Shown: piece by piece, positions 1-13,714 of the stretch
Numbering within the stretch: position 1 is the stretch's first letter
How the letters are laid out: each line of letters opens with the position of its first letter
Source of the DNA: Schmidtea polychroa
Taxonomy: Eukaryota
Direction: 5' to 3'
Assembly (NCBI GenBank): GCA_044892525.1
Contig: CM097886.1
Location: forward strand, 83,514,001 to 83,578,000
DNA: 64,000 bases
Notes under the pieces: model-generated
The model's database searches: none
What the model saw: the letters and a program-made list of their open reading frames with translations, nothing else
Told to the model about the DNA's origin: nothing
Translations under genes and position numbers: made by a program

Positions 1-914
1 TAGCACGATAACATTTTCATTTCCTGGTTCAACTCACATTCCGATATCATCTCAATGATTCTTTTCGTTTGCTTCATTTACTTCAATCATTTCCAAAGCT
101 ACTCACTTTCATTAATAAATTCGATCACTGCTTTTAACCACAAAAAATGATGACAATAAGGAAACAGTATGAAAAATTTACTGATTTTGACAGTATACCT
201 GGTTTAAAGCCATAAAAACCGTATTAAAACTGCTTATAACGGAAATGCTTCCAAATATTGATCAATTTTCTACTGTCGTGCATGTCATTTCACTAAGATC
301 AGCCAGTGGACCAATCCTCTTAAGTGACAATATAAATCATTAATCTGTGACAAAGACTGTAGATGGATCGAAGTGGTGCATCTCATAGTGTTGTTGTTTT
401 TAAACTGAAATTCAAGTGCCAAAGGCATTATAATTTTTTTTAAATATATCATTTAACATAATAAAAATCATATAAAACACTTAAAATATAACTTTAATAT
501 TAAATTTAATATTAAATTTTAAAAATTACATTAAAAGATGAATCATTCTATGAAAGAGCATAGTAATTTGGTTATCAACAAAATCTTTCATTATTTAATT
601 CTAATTTCTATTTAATAAATTTTTTTAATGTATAAATAATATAGATTATGATAATTATTAATGATAAACAGATTTTTATCCTATTAATATTTTCAAAGAT
701 TGAATAATGTATAAACATTTTTTTTAGTTTGTTTAATTATATGAATTAAATTAATTACTTTTAAAATATTTTAATATAACTTTATCTTATAAAGTTATTA
801 AGTTAGTTACTCTTGTTACTTTTTAATAATTCTTGCATTTTCAAAAATTTTACTCTAGTAAAGTGTTGAGGCTAAGGCTAGATTTGATATTTGTCATATT
901 TAAAAAGAATAAAG

Positions 915-1010
915 ATGAATTTTCTTAAACGCATGGCGCCCTGCTTCTCAATAAATGAAACCAATATTAAAATCTTAAAGGAGCCCAATGATTTTTTCCA
1001 ATTTATTAAA
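915..1010 (+). CDS. PGS1: PGS1 exon 1 (CDP-diacylglycerol--glycerol-3-phosphate 3-phosphatidyltransferase, mitochondrial)
   Basis: MNFLKRMAPCFSINETNIKILKEPNDFFQFIK, then GTAATT donor at 1011. Resembles the PGS1 N-terminal 'V.VL.SP.EFF.L.K' segment. An upstream exon is possible (AG precedes the ATG). Confidence 0.8.
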
Positions 1011-1054
1011 GTAATTATGGTTGTAGATATAAATAATTAAAATTTCTTATTTAG

Positions 1055-1132
1055 TTAAAAGCAAGTTCGTGTACCAAAAGAATAGTCATAGCCTCTTTAT
1101 ATTTAGGGTCTGGAAAGAAAGAAAAATCATTG
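1055..1132 (+). CDS. PGS1: PGS1 exon 2
   Basis: LKASSCTKRIVIASLYLGSGKKEKSL matches the conserved PGS1 'RVVMASLYLGTG' motif. Flanked by TTTAG acceptor (44-nt intron) and GTACAA donor. Confidence 0.92.
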
Positions 1133-1178
1133 GTACAAACATTTCTTTTATTTAAATTAAAATAATAGTGCAATAAAG

Positions 1179-1486
1179 GTTGATGCCATTTTTAATTCGA
1201 TTAACAACAATATGAATAATAAAAATTTTCGAGTTCATCTATTATTTGATGCAACCAGGGGATCTAGGTCAGTAATTGATCACGAAGGAAATAAGAGTAG
1301 TTCTCGATTAATGTGTTTGCCTCTGTTGGACAATAAACAAACTTTATCAACAACAAAAATATCATTCTTTCATACTCCTAATTTACGATGGTGGCTTTAT
1401 AAAGTCTTACCGGAAAAATTGAATGAAGTAATTGGATTGCAGCACATGAAAATCTATTTGTTTGACGATTGTCTGGTGATATCAGG
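1179..1486 (+). CDS. PGS1: PGS1 exon 3 (first HKD motif)
   Basis: VDAIFNS...LLFDATRGSR...FFHTPNLRWWLYKVLPEKLNEVIGLQHMKIYLFDDCLVISG contains HxKxxxxD. 46-nt upstream intron; phase-2 GTAATT donor at 1487. Confidence 0.95.
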
Positions 1487-1536
1487 GTAATTTGATAATG
1501 AGTTTAGGTGGGAATTTCCAATGAAATTTTGTTTAG

Positions 1537-1715
1537 TGCCAACTTGAGTGAAGATTATTTCACGAACAGACAAGATCGTTATTTTGTGTTTGATAATAGT
1601 CCGCTACTCTGTGATTTTTATGAAGAGTTGGTAGATATTGTTGGATCTAGGTCGTATAATATGACTTCAATGAATTCATTAGAATCTCCAAAACTTGGCT
1701 GTGATCCACTTTCAG
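1537..1715 (+). CDS. PGS1: PGS1 exon 4
   Basis: (G)ANLSEDYFTNRQDRYFVFDNS...; GG|T restores Gly across the 50-nt intron. The 3' donor (GTTCAT at 1716) is weak but phase-compatible with exon 5. Confidence 0.9.
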
Positions 1716-1929
1716 GTTCATTAATTATTTTATTATTATTTATTAATCCCATTCACGTATCTTTTATGGTGTATATATTCATTATCTGTTTATACAAGAC
1801 ATGTTGACAACCAAATTTTATTTTTTGTTCACACTTGATCTGTTTTTTCAGTATTTTATCTATTTTCATTACGACTGTTAAAATGTTACTAGAAAATCCT
1901 CTAAGTTGTTTTGAAAAACATTTAGGGTA

Positions 1930-2500
1930 CCGAATTTTCTGCCAGATACAGCATATGAGCAGATACCACGCACCAGCAAATACCGCACACTAGCAGATAC
2001 CGTGCATCAACAGATACAGCACGCCAGCAGATACCGCGCACCAACAGATACCGCGAACCTTAATAATTTTATCGAATTGAAAATTGTTTACATGACGCAC
2101 AGACAAAAGGAAATCGTGAAACCGGAACAATTCTTAATTTAGGAGAATCCAGAGTCCGAGAATGAAGAAAAAGTGAAGGCATTCTCAATTGCTTGCGTGA
2201 AAGAAAACGTTCAATGCGTTTTAAAAAGTGTTTTTGACCAGGGTTGGAAAACAAAACTATACAATTGGGTTATTAAAGAGTGATCAAATGGTATTAGAAT
2301 TTCAACTGTTTGTGTGTTACCCGAAGCAAAGACAATAGCACAAAGCAAAAACATTTGAGTTTAAGGCTTATCTATTATCGGTTTTTAAATTAAGAAATTG
2401 GACTGGGAAGTAAAAAATAAAATTTAGATTGTTCCTCAAGGAAAACCTTTGTGAAAACATGGACGAGGTTTCGATTAGTTTTGATCTCAATAAAATGTAA
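1930..2500 (+). pseudogene. Decayed pogo/Tigger (POGK-like) transposon 5' part inside PGS1 intron 4
   Basis: Starts TA|CCGAATTTTCT. Reading through stops/frameshifts gives GNRETG...GESRVRE*RK...PGLENKLYNWVIKE...IRISTVCV (BrkDBD/CENP-B HTH-like) and MDEVSISFD (first catalytic Asp). Confidence 0.65.
1941..2058 (+). repeat. About 7 copies of a 17-bp unit (CAGCAGATACCGCGCAC), subterminal repeats of the pogo relic
   Basis: CAGATAC core recurs at about 17-bp spacing. Confidence 0.85.
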
Positions 2501-3004
2501 CGAATTGTTGTAAATTTCCATTACTATACGAAAAGCACTACAATGAAATAAGCCCAATTTTTAAGAAATATCGATTGGTTTTACACTTTCTCATTTTCTG
2601 GGAGAACCAAAAGGCTTTTCAAGGATTTTATTTCGGATTCTTCTTAGTTGAGTCGTGACGCAACTTTATCATGAAGAATGTCTTGACAAAATATGTCTGG
2701 TTCTCAATGTTCCAAAAATTATTTCTTAAAAACGCAAAAGGTACATCACAAAAAAATTTTTTTTCAAGTTTTTTCATATAATATTGTTTGACGTCACCGG
2801 GGACATCTTTTTCATGTAGGGTGTCTTGGTGAAATATCAAGTCTTAATTTAGGAATAACCAATTGCACTTTGCACTTAATAAAAAAATTTGCACTAAAAA
2901 ATCAATAATTACACTTTTTGTCTAATTAATCTGATTCCTGGGGCTCGCATCTACCTAATACTAGTTTTCAATGTTTTTCAATGGTAACGGAATATGCTTT
3001 AAAG

Positions 3005-3351
3005 CAGTGTTTCCCAACGTGGGGCCCACGCCCCACTTGGGGGCAATTTCGATTTCCAGGGGGGCAATTTCAATTTTAGGGAATCGTTTAGATATCATCG
3101 AAAGAGGAGATCTAAGGCTTAAACTTACCAACTTCGAACCTAATATTAAATCACTCTGCAGTAACCATCAGAGTCAATTGTCTCATTGAATAAAAAAATT
3201 AATCTTTATCTATTAGATTCCATTAATTACGTATATCAATAAAAATTGTTGGAAATTTTTTAAAAACTGTAAAATGTTTTGCATAGGGGGGACAAAAGAA
3301 AAAAAAATTCAGCTAGGGATGACATGAGCTAACAAAGGTTGGGAAACACTG
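3005..3351. mobile_element. hAT (Charlie-like) MITE, 347 bp
   Basis: TIR CAGTGTTTCCCAAC / GTTGGGAAACACTG; perfect 8-bp TSD CTTTAAAG (2997-3004, 3352-3359). Confidence 0.92.
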
Positions 3352-5077
3352 CTTTAAAGTTTCAAAACTCAAAATCTCGATATTTAATCACCGAAACACG
3401 CTGATGATTTTTATCAAATTTTGTCTTTATATATGTGTGACACATTAATCACATACTTTTCGAAATAGTTTCTTTGAACAAATTTTTGAACGAACAAATG
3501 ACATTTTACATTCTACTTCCGTAGCTTGACATAACGCTGTCGTAACTGTCCACAAGAAATGATTAATGATACATCAATTTAAAATTGCTAAATTTCTTTA
3601 TCGATTCTCACTTATACCTATTCGGGAAATGTTGGTATTAAAATTTTGTATTTTAACTAATTTTGCACTCAAATTTTAATTGATTATATTTTAAATTCTA
3701 TTTAAACAAATTCCTTTAAATAATTTTTTTTTAACAAGAATTTTGGAAATTGATTTTCATCACAAATTTTAATTAATTTATTCAATTAGAAAATAGACCA
3801 TATTTTATATTTTAAATTAATTTGATTGGATTATTTTTTTAAAAAAAAATAAAAAAAGATAAAACAAAAAAATAACAAAAAGAATGTCGATGAATAATTT
3901 GTTAGCGATTTCTTTACAAATTATCCATTTATTTTCAATAAGTAACCTCAAATAAGAAAACAATTTAAACATGATTTTTGTTATACCAATAACTGCAAAT
4001 CATGGAATGATAAATATGTCATCACATTTTTGATAATTATTTAGACCATATGATATATTCTATTGAACATGTGAATGAAATGTACTTCATTAAATTCTAA
4101 TTGTTTTTTCAATTAGAATAACGAAGTTGTATGAGATTGATCCAATATTTGACTAATTTTAGCTCTAAATTGCGTAAATCGCCCAACANNNNNNNNNNNN
4201 NNNNNNNNNNNNNNNNNNNNNNNNNNNNNNNNNNNNNNNNNNNNNNNNNNNNNNNNNNNNNNNNNNNNNNNNNNNNNNNNNNNNNNNNNNNNNNNNNNNN
4301 NNNNNNNNNNNNNNNNNNNNNNNNNNNNNNNNNNNNNNNNNNNNNNNNNNNNNNNNNNNNNNNNNNNNNNNNNNNNNNNNNNNNNNNNNNNNNNNNNNNN
4401 NNNNNNNNNNNNNNNNNNNNNNNNTGGACAATCTTTTAATGGCATGCTTCGTGATTCGTAGAATAACGTTTTTTTATCTCCAAAATTGTTTGATTGAAAG
4501 CATCAAAGTCAATGGATGAAACAAGTACAGGCAACCACATATGGCTAAGGATCGTCAAATCATTAATGGTACGCTACCTGTATCTTTAGAAGTAAAAGCA
4601 GAAATATTAGCAAATGCTCTTTCCCTTCGAAATAAATAAAATGTTTCATTCTCTTTTGTAAAAGATAGCAATCACAAGTGACCACAACACAAATACGTGT
4701 TTTTATGCACTTATGTAGCAGAACTAGCATTTTTAAGAAATAAATTTAATAAAAATATATCAAATTTTTAACAAAACTAGTTTTTTATAGAAACATATCC
4801 AGTAATATAGGACAGAGTTTTGATTAAATAAAAGTTGACTCCAATTCATTATTTATAGTGTTTTAAGAAATATAATCAAAGATAAATTTCAATTAATAAG
4901 CAATGCAGTTACGAATGAGAAACTAGTGTTGTTAAGACTACAACTGTCTTTTTTAAACTCAACTTTTTTGCTATTTTTTTCAATTATTTTTTATAATTAT
5001 ATTTTTTATAATTATTATATTTATAATATTATAATATTTTCAATATTTTTTTCAATTGAACATTTTTATACTTTACT

Positions 5078-5696
5078 TAAGGTGACCAGACATTTTGGCG
5101 CGACAGTCCCGATTTTTCACGATTTATCACGCGTCCCGCAACGTTTTTCAAAAGTCCCGACTTTTAGAATTAAGTTAAATTTTATATTTATGAAAATCAT
5201 TGTTTTGCATTCTAAGAATCCCACGGACTACTAAGACTAACATATTGCTTTTCTTACCCAGTTACATTGTATTTGTTTCTCAAATGATACACTTCGTGTT
5301 CGTACTGCGTGCTAGGAAGCTAATTAAACAAATAACTATTACAAATCTGCTACTTACCATAGAAAATTAAGGTAAGTAATTTATATATTTCGTAAATACA
5401 TAAATTTTCTCAAACTTAGCCTAAAATACTCGTAGTCTTCAATTTCAAGTATATCACTGACCCTAATCTTAAAAGAAATTTTAGAAAGAAATATAAAAAC
5501 AAAATTTTGCAAATATTTTAAGTTAATCAAACTAATAATATGTCAAGGAGTAAAATATTATACAATTTTTTATATTTATAAATTGTACTTATGTTAAAAA
5601 TCAAAAAATATTACCATATTATTTTTATTCTATATGAAAATTTTTGTTGATACCCCCCTTCTCCCGCTTTGCCCATCTAAAAATCAGGTCACCTTA
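5078..5696. mobile_element. hAT MITE, about 620 bp
   Basis: TIR TAAGGTGACC / GGTCACCTTA; 8-bp TSD ACTTTACT / ATTTTACT (7/8). Confidence 0.82.
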
Positions 5697-5935
5697 ATTT
5701 TACTTGAATTATATATTGTTCAATTGAACATTTTTATATTTTGAAATTTAATTTATTTACTTGAACTTAACACAATTCCACTTGAAGATTAGTATACTCC
5801 CATAATACAAGTGTATATAGAAGACATAGATATATACATTCAGAAACTGGAATTTGATAATTATAGATATATAGATATAGTAATATCTAATCAAGCAAAA
5901 CTTACAACCAATAGAACGTATATTTTATTATGTAG

Positions 5936-6261
5936 GAAATTTCAATGAATATGTTATGGAATTTCGTGATGCAATAGAAAGTTTCATTAGGTTGCAAATA
6001 ATAAAAACTCAAGAAATAGAAAGTACAGATTCTGGTGAATTGACTCAAGTTTATCCGCTAATTCAGATGGGTCTATTTGGAATTATGCAAGACCAGATTG
6101 TCCTTAAGAAATTATTTGAAACTCTTAGTCGGGAAGGAGGCAAACAGATGTCCGTTGCACTTACGTCCGGATATTTTAATTTAGACGATGACAATGAAAA
6201 TTTATTATTTGAAATAGCTAAAAGAAATGTTTCAATCGAGGTTCTAACAGCAGCTCCTGAA
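5936..6261 (+). CDS. PGS1: PGS1 exon 5
   Basis: TGTAG acceptor; ...TQVYPLIQMGLFGI...LTSGYFNL...EVLTAAPE matches PGS1 'YPLIQM', 'TTGYFNL' and 'LASPE'. GTTGGT donor at 6262. Confidence 0.92.
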
Positions 6262-8429
6262 GTTGGTTCTTATTTTTCTTGTTTTAAGTTCGAGATTATA
6301 TTTTTAATTAATTTCCCAATTTAAATATTAGATAAATTTTTTAATTTGCTTTATCTTCATGCATTTTCAGGCTAATTATATCAATATTTTGTTTTATATA
6401 TGGCATGATTTTTCGACATTGCTTTTTCAAGGTCGAAAATAAATTTAATTTATTAATTTAATAAAATGAAAAATAAAATCATCTTAATAAAATTAATTAA
6501 TTAATTAAAATAGAAAAAGAAATTTGAATGCTATATTTTCTTTTTTTGTCTCTTAAATTAAATTAATTAATTCAATCATTAATTTAAAAATAAAGATGAA
6601 AAAGAAAATCAAAATTTTACATTATTTTAAATTATTTTAATAAATTAATTAAAATATATGAAAGAAAAATTGGTTTTTACATGGCATTATTTTTCGACAT
6701 TAGTTTTTTCAAATTTTTTTTTAATAAAAGACAACTACGAAAAGGATTAAAGATTTTACTGATAAATAAATTTAAAATAATTAATCAAAAAATAAAAAAC
6801 CACATTTTAGGATTTTATATTTTATTTTAATAAAATTAATTAATTGAAATATAAAAAAGAAAGATGAAAAAATTCTACATTTTCTTTTCTTTTAAAATAA
6901 ATTTAATTAATTAAAAAATAAAAACTAGAAATTTTCATTTTCATTAATTAATATAAAAAAGATTAATACATATTTTAAATTAGAACAAAAAATATTTGAA
7001 TACTATATTGCCTTGTCTTACATTTAATTAATTAATTATTTAATTTAATAAAAATAATTAAAAAAAAATCTATTAGATAAATTAAATCGAATTTATTAAA
7101 AAGCAAACAAAAAACAAGATATTCTTAATTTAATTAATTTAATTAATTAAAAAATATTATAAAAATTTGTTTTATATGTATCACGATTTTTTGACACTGC
7201 TTTTTTCCAAAAGTTGAATAAAGATCAATGGTGTAAAAGATAAAAGATTTTATTGAAAAAGAATTTAATTAATTAATCTAGTCAATCTATTTATTATTAT
7301 CAATCTATTTATTAATTCAATCTATTTATTATTCCATTTATTAATCCAATCTATTTATTATTCTATTTATTAATCTAATCTATTTATTAATCTATTTATT
7401 AATCAAACTTACGCATATGAAACATATTTTAAAAATGGATGAAATTAGAAGAATACTCCAGATGCAAATGTTCACTATCCCGCAAATGAATTTAACCAAT
7501 GGGATATTGTACTAATGTCAAGACGAAGAAATCGAAATTAGGGGGTTTTATGAAGATGGAGTTTGGACAATTGTTGAAAGATGTGATTCAAACACATTTT
7601 TGATTAGAAATAATCTTATAGAAGCTGTATAGAAAAACAGGTTGAAAAAATGTTCATTCAAATAAATTATATTGTAATGAAATACTCGTAATTTAGTTGA
7701 AAATGAAACCTAATGAATCCTGCTTAACAAATATGTCGAATTATTTTACATTAAATATGTTATCAAATGAAACATATTTCAAGGAAATTATCCTCATTTT
7801 TAGTCTGCCATAATAATCTATGTCAAAAGTTATATACAGAAACAATAATGACGTAATGAGTTAAAAATTAAATAATCTCAATAAATTCTTTGCTGATTCA
7901 ATATTAGATGTATGGAATTGTATTAATAATACCGATGTCTCACTTATTGTTAATTTTAATAATTAATAATTAATTGGTAATTTTAATATCATAATTGACC
8001 CAAAATTGACTACTAGTGCATCGTTCAGAATATTTATTGCTGGTAGATCTTTTGTACAGAATATTTTCATCCGTTGCATTACCATTTTCCAACACCAGTC
8101 ATTATTTCCGGACTTTATCTGTCAAAGGTTATAGTAATCAGTGTTAGTAGATAGATGTGTGGACTCCAGCCCAACAGGAATCTTCAACTCTCACAAACTT
8201 TTTTTGGACTTCTGACATCCCCTACTTTTTTTAAAATTTTGTTTTAATTATCGATTACACAATAATTTTATTTTGTTTAAATCTCTTATTATGTCATCAA
8301 TTTTCATTTTATAAGATTTTTTTATGTCAATATACTTGAAATTAAATTCTCTATTAAATGATAATATGACGTAATCAAAATTGTTAAATTTCATTTTTAG
8401 TGCACCATTTTTGAATTTACACATCTTTT

Positions 8430-9300
8430 TAAACAACTTGAGATATTTTCACTCAAACAATATATAGATAGAATTTAAATCTCTACAAAATGATATTATT
8501 ATTTATTTCAAATTCACGATCATAACACATTGAACAATGCCTTTTTCAGCCAACTTTTACATACATCATTTACTATACTCATCATTTGCTTCTCATTAAA
8601 TTATTTGTTTCTTCATGTTATTCATAAATTTCAAGACTAAAATTCAAACGAGCAACAGACATAATTTTATGAAAAACTGTGACAGATTTACACGCAGTTC
8701 AAAATTGTACAAATGATTCCAAAAGTTCTTATAACACCTGCTTTATAGTTGAAATTCAATTTTGACATATTTTCCTAATTATATTGATATTCATTGCTCG
8801 TAATTCGCTGGTTCTGCATCACATATATTCGATTGATAAAAATAGCTTCTCGACTGAGATAGACTTAGAAACTTCGAAATAGATCAAAAAATATGTATTC
8901 AAAACAATATTGATTACTACTATTAAAACAAGTTTTTGTACTTGCAATAATCCACAATAAATTCAAATTCCAAATTAAACTGTAAATAGGAAACCATAAT
9001 TTCCAATATACGCACCTATTAAAATAAATATAACTTAGGTGCATCAAAATATAAACATCTATACAAGAACATGTAAAGGTTCAAAAATAGTAGCACTTCG
9101 TTGAGTTGAGACACGTAGGAAAAAAGCACCATTGATTCCAAATCTTTTTACATATTTTTCTATGCTCAATAATAACTCCCATCCTCTCAATCGGCTATGT
9201 TCCTGAAGCCATATGCGAAGATTTAGAAAGCGGATAAATTTTCTTGGGTAATTTGATTCAGAATTTTCTTAACTGTCAATTAAATTATCAATATCCAATA
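8430..9300 (-). pseudogene. Probable decayed piggyBac transposase inside PGS1 intron 5
   Basis: Minus-strand fragments in expected order: DNLIDS (cf. DNFFTS), MASGT*PIER (cf. A.GT.R.NR), NYKAGV (cf. YN...GVD), KRHCSMCY (Cys-rich C-terminus). Many stops and frameshifts. Confidence 0.4.
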
Positions 9301-11727
9301 TTCAATATCCAATCAAATTACAAAAAATTTTTCCGAAAAAATTGCAACTGAGTTTAGTTGAAAACCTTTTCACTTTCAAAGTGTAACTATCTATCTCTCT
9401 TTATCTTTTTTTAGTAGTGCTTTAAATAAAATTGATGCTTTAAATAGTGCACAAATTTTCGTTTTTTGCCAATTATACTAAGTCTAAATGCGTTTTTAGA
9501 TCATGTATCCACATTTATTACTTTGATTCTGTAAGCAAGATCAATATTATTTTACCATTGTTACAGTTATATACATTACAATTTTATTAGTTCATTTCAA
9601 GTTAAAAGACCGTTTCATTTTCCAAAAATAGAAATAATTAATATTTATTTCTTGCAATTTTGCAACCTCCACATAACATTAAAATTTATCGCATTTTTAT
9701 GTCATATCATGAAGGGAAAATTAAAAAAAAATAACTTAAAAAACTGGCAAATAAATATTTTATATTAAAAATCTATTATTACACTTGATTTTCGATGTAT
9801 TTATTATCAATAAATTATTCTATTGATTTTGAATATTGATTTTCATTTTATTCAATGAATCAATTCAATATATTAATTCACTAATATTAAATATATTGAA
9901 TTTATTGATTGTTTTAATGAAAATCTTAGAAAAAAGAAATTCCAGATTTATTATATTTCATCAAAAATAAATGTCTCGTAAGATTTTTGTTATTGGGAAT
10001 TTGTAATGTGTTACTAGAGTTAATGAACAATAATCAATTAAATTCTGTTTCGTTTCCCGGGAAATACTTATTTAAATTCTCAAAGAATCCAGTTTCTCGC
10101 AGCGTAAATCGCTAAATTAACTGAAAACACATTTTCTAGTTGATAAAATTTGTTTTTCTCCTTTTAGCAATTAAAATAATTTTTATCCATTATAGGTTTG
10201 TTATTTTTTTATTATTTTCTCTTATATGCAATGCAAATTAAATTTCTATCGTTAACTATGAATAAAATGAAGCTAGCAGACGCATTATGGGATTATTATA
10301 TAAATTAAAAACATTTCGTGTTCAGTTACACTGAATCCAGTAAATGCCATATTAAGTCACCTACTTATGTCTACACCAGAGGTTTTAAATGCTTCCTATT
10401 ATTTTTCTATAAATGGATTTTGAAAAACAAAATTATAATTTATATATTTTTTTCTAATAAAGCGCCACTCAAACATTCGTTTTACGATATAATTCGCCAG
10501 TTTTCCTGTCATCATCGGGTAGATAAAGAACAATAAATATTATTTCAAATTTAATTTAAATAATCAATTATATATCAATTTATACTAAATATATTTATAG
10601 ATTTTAAAATATTTTATTTTAATATAATTTTTAATCTATAAATCTTTAATTAAATTGAAATTTATAATTATTCAACTTAATAACTTAAACTTTTGAAATT
10701 AATAGCTATTCTCATATCCACAATTAAAAACCCAAACTATTTAAAAACATTCAAAATACAAAATATAGTCGATTGAATAGATCGACTAAAATTTAAGAAA
10801 ACAATAAATGTATGAGAAAAATCCGAATTAATACATTTTAATGATTATTGGGAACGTGTAATTGTGAGCGGAAATTATTGTTCAAAATGCTGTGAAAACT
10901 TATGTTTTGCATGTCTTTAAACAAATTTTTTCTGTTTTTCTTTAGTAAATGCCATTATTTTTTATATAGGAAAATTTCCAAAACTTATTTGAAAATAATA
11001 TTGTTTAAATGTTATATTGTGATCAGTCGGTGGAAATAACTATTTGTGTTAAATTTGTTTATTGAAATCGGTAATAAATTATATATTATATTTAAGAATT
11101 TTAAATTCAAGTAATTTTACTTAAGATCAATAGTTGCATTAATATTATTAATTACCATACCTCAGCTGTTTAAATTATCAGAAAAAAGAGAATTTTAAAT
11201 TTAACATATATAGTATACCAAAGCGTATAAATTATGTGCAACAAAGCCAAATATTATCGCAGGTGGTAAGTTCATATTTCTATTTTTCTATATTTATAAA
11301 ATTTTTATTAAAATTAAAATTTCGTATTTATTATGAATTTCTGGTCATTTCTGACAATTTATGAAAATGTAAAAATTTATTTAAATACTTTTTTTGAAGA
11401 TATTAAAAAATGTTTTCAATTACTATTCTCCCGGGAATTTTGTTTTATACGATCTCGACGTAATTTTTTCCTTGTTCAGTAATATTTCAATTATAAAAAA
11501 GTGTTGTTGCAATTTTTGTAACTGAATTATAATTACATTGATTACATTTGCGTCTCTTTTACTCATTGAAAGTTGGAATGGGATAAAGCGCTAGAAAAAC
11601 TCTCAAATCGCATATTTTTATAATTAAAAAATCCTGTAATAAATGTCTACCCATAATTTTGTGCTATATATTGTTATGATAAGGTATTTTTCTCGTTGAA
11701 ATTATAATTTGCCATTATGCAGTTAAT

Positions 11728-11914
11728 GCCGTAATTTATTCCAGTGCTCTTAATATTTGTCCTTATACGGTAAATGCCCGTAATTTATTCCAGTGCCCTT
11801 AATATTTGTCCTTATATGGTAAATGCCCGTAATTTATTCCAGTGCCCTTAATATTTGTCCTTATATGGTAAATACCCGTAATTTATTCCAATTCCCTTAA
11901 TATTTGTCCTTATT
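11728..11914. repeat. 49-bp tandem repeat x4
   Basis: Unit CCCGTAATTTATTCCAGTGCCCTTAATATTTGTCCTTATATGGTAAATG starting at 11728, 11777, 11826, 11875. Confidence 0.95.
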
Positions 11915-12307
11915 TAAAATAAATATTTATTTTTTCTGTACATTATTTTATTATGTTTCGTACTATACCTTGGTTTATGGTTAAACATACCGTAATTTGT
12001 GTGGTTTGGTGTAAATATACCGTAATGAAATAATTAAAAATATACTTTAATCTAATGGAGTCCATTTATACATCAAGGTTATTGTTATTACAAGAAATTT
12101 GTGGTGAATAAATAAATAATATTATTGGCTCTTGAATTGAATTTTGAAAATAAAAAACTTGTTGAATCTTGTTATTTTAAATAAAGAAAAATACAGTCGG
12201 ATAGTGTTTTAAAATTTTGGCAGAAATTGTTATAAACATTATATTATTTCATAATTGCTTCACTATATCAAAACTCCAAATTTTCAACGAATATAATTTT
12301 CTAACAG

Positions 12308-12712
12308 GCAAATGGCTTTTTTAAAGCTAGAGGTGCTATGAAATATATTCCAGATGTATATACGAATATACTTTTTGATTTTCAAACGAGGTCATTAAAT
12401 CTACCGATTAAAACATTTGAATGGAGGAAAAATAATTGGACATTTCACGCCAAAGGATTTTGGATAAGTAAACTAATTTCAGATTATACTCGTATTTATG
12501 TGACATTGATTGGATCAACGAATTACGGGTACAGGTCGTGTTTTAGGGATTTGGAAACTGAGATACTCATAGAAACCCAATCAGAAAAATTGCAGAAAGA
12601 ATTAACAGAGGAAAAAAATCGAATATATTGCAATGGATTGGAAACAGAAAATCAAAGAGTGATACCGAGTTGGATTCCCTGGGTTGTACCAATAGTGAAA
12701 TATTTTTTCTAA
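12308..12712 (+). CDS. PGS1: PGS1 exon 6 (last exon, second degenerate HKD)
   Basis: CTAACAG acceptor; ANGFFKARGAMKYIPDVY...WTFHAKGFW...TLIGSTNYGYRSCFRDLE...WVVPIVKYFF*. The six exons sum to 1392 nt (463 aa + stop) in frame. Confidence 0.95.
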   Translation, partial: ANGFFKARGAMKYIPDVYTNILFDFQTRSLNLPIKTFEWRKNNWTFHAKGFWISKLISDYTRIYVTLIGSTNYGYRSCFRDLETEILIETQSEKLQKELTEEKNRIYCNGLETENQRVIPSWIPWVVPIVKYFF

Positions 12713-13714
12713 GTTTTAATTTTTATTTTTTTAAGAGATTAGATTCGAGTCGTATTCAATTTATTTATATTTTATTAGATTCAAATTTGAAATGTTTTTT
12801 TTTATTTATTAGTATTGTATAAGAGTTGGCAATTATAGAATTGTTTAGGATTTTACATTGTCATTGATAAGAAGTTTTTCATTATTTATCGATTTTTGAT
12901 AAATCCCGAAACAGGAAATTTTTATTGACTAATTAAATCAACGTATTGGTGAGGTTAGTGGAGTTGCAAAAAACGCCCCTCAATTCGCATGTCAACAGTT
13001 ACACTACCGAACAACTGTTGATTGACAACGTTGGTACTGTGAGAAGTGGGTGGTTGTCAGCAAAGAGTGAGCTATATTAGAACTAATGCATATCTCGAGT
13101 TCACGAACAATCGTAGAAATATATTTATCCAATGTAGTTTTAAGTTCCATTCATTTTTGTTGCACTTTCGAAAGTTTTCTGTCGCGGCATATCAATCGTC
13201 ACGTAATATATGTTGAAAAATTGCCATAGGTGCAATGGGTATGTATCATCATCTGGTATCTTGAAGAGTTAACTTAATAAATAACTTCAATAGGCTCCTT
13301 ACAAAAATATTAATCCCAATCAAATAATGCTACTTATCACATTTAACATAAATTTAACATAGACCTTGAATTGTTATACACCACATTACATCTTTAAATT
13401 TTAGATGAGAGTAAGATTTTCCAGTGGGTTTGTTATTAATTTAAGGAAAAACAATTTATTCCGTGTATTTAAAAAAATAAAATGGTGAAGGTTGGAATAT
13501 TTTCAGATGGTGCATTTGTTAAATTCTAGAGTTCTTCAAATCGATAATCGATTGCTGGAATTCATTTTGAATATTTAAATATGCTGTAATTTGTTAATTC
13601 AGTAGCTTAGACCATATTAAACCGAAAAAGGTTGATAGTCATAACATTCAAACAATTCTTAAGGTTTTAATAAATTAAAGTTATAGAAAATCCCAAATTA
13701 TTGGAAAGCTATTA

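Noticed and set aside
4113-4445. ORFs spanning N-runs (also about 20448, 36961, 41227, 41733, 45481, 55423, 59671)
   Set aside because: Open only because of assembly gaps (4189-4424, 20465-20635, 36969-37114, 41286-41423, 41831-42130, 45500-45653, 55447-55651, 59703-60086).
8080-8110. TGVGK Walker-A-like peptide on the minus strand
   Set aside because: No supporting flanking ATPase or helicase sequence.
10000-11280. Possible nested gene exons in PGS1 intron 5 (e.g. minus EAFKTSGVDISR*LNMAFTG; plus YCSKCCENLCFACL)
   Set aside because: Short, interrupted by stops and not joinable into a consistent spliced frame; more likely TE debris.
13000-13450. Possible LTR-retrotransposon integrase relic (minus); similar weak hints at 7440-7620, 39000-39320 (MULE-like) and 56300-56440 (gag-like MPLFDG)
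   Set aside because: Too degenerate to assign without a profile search.
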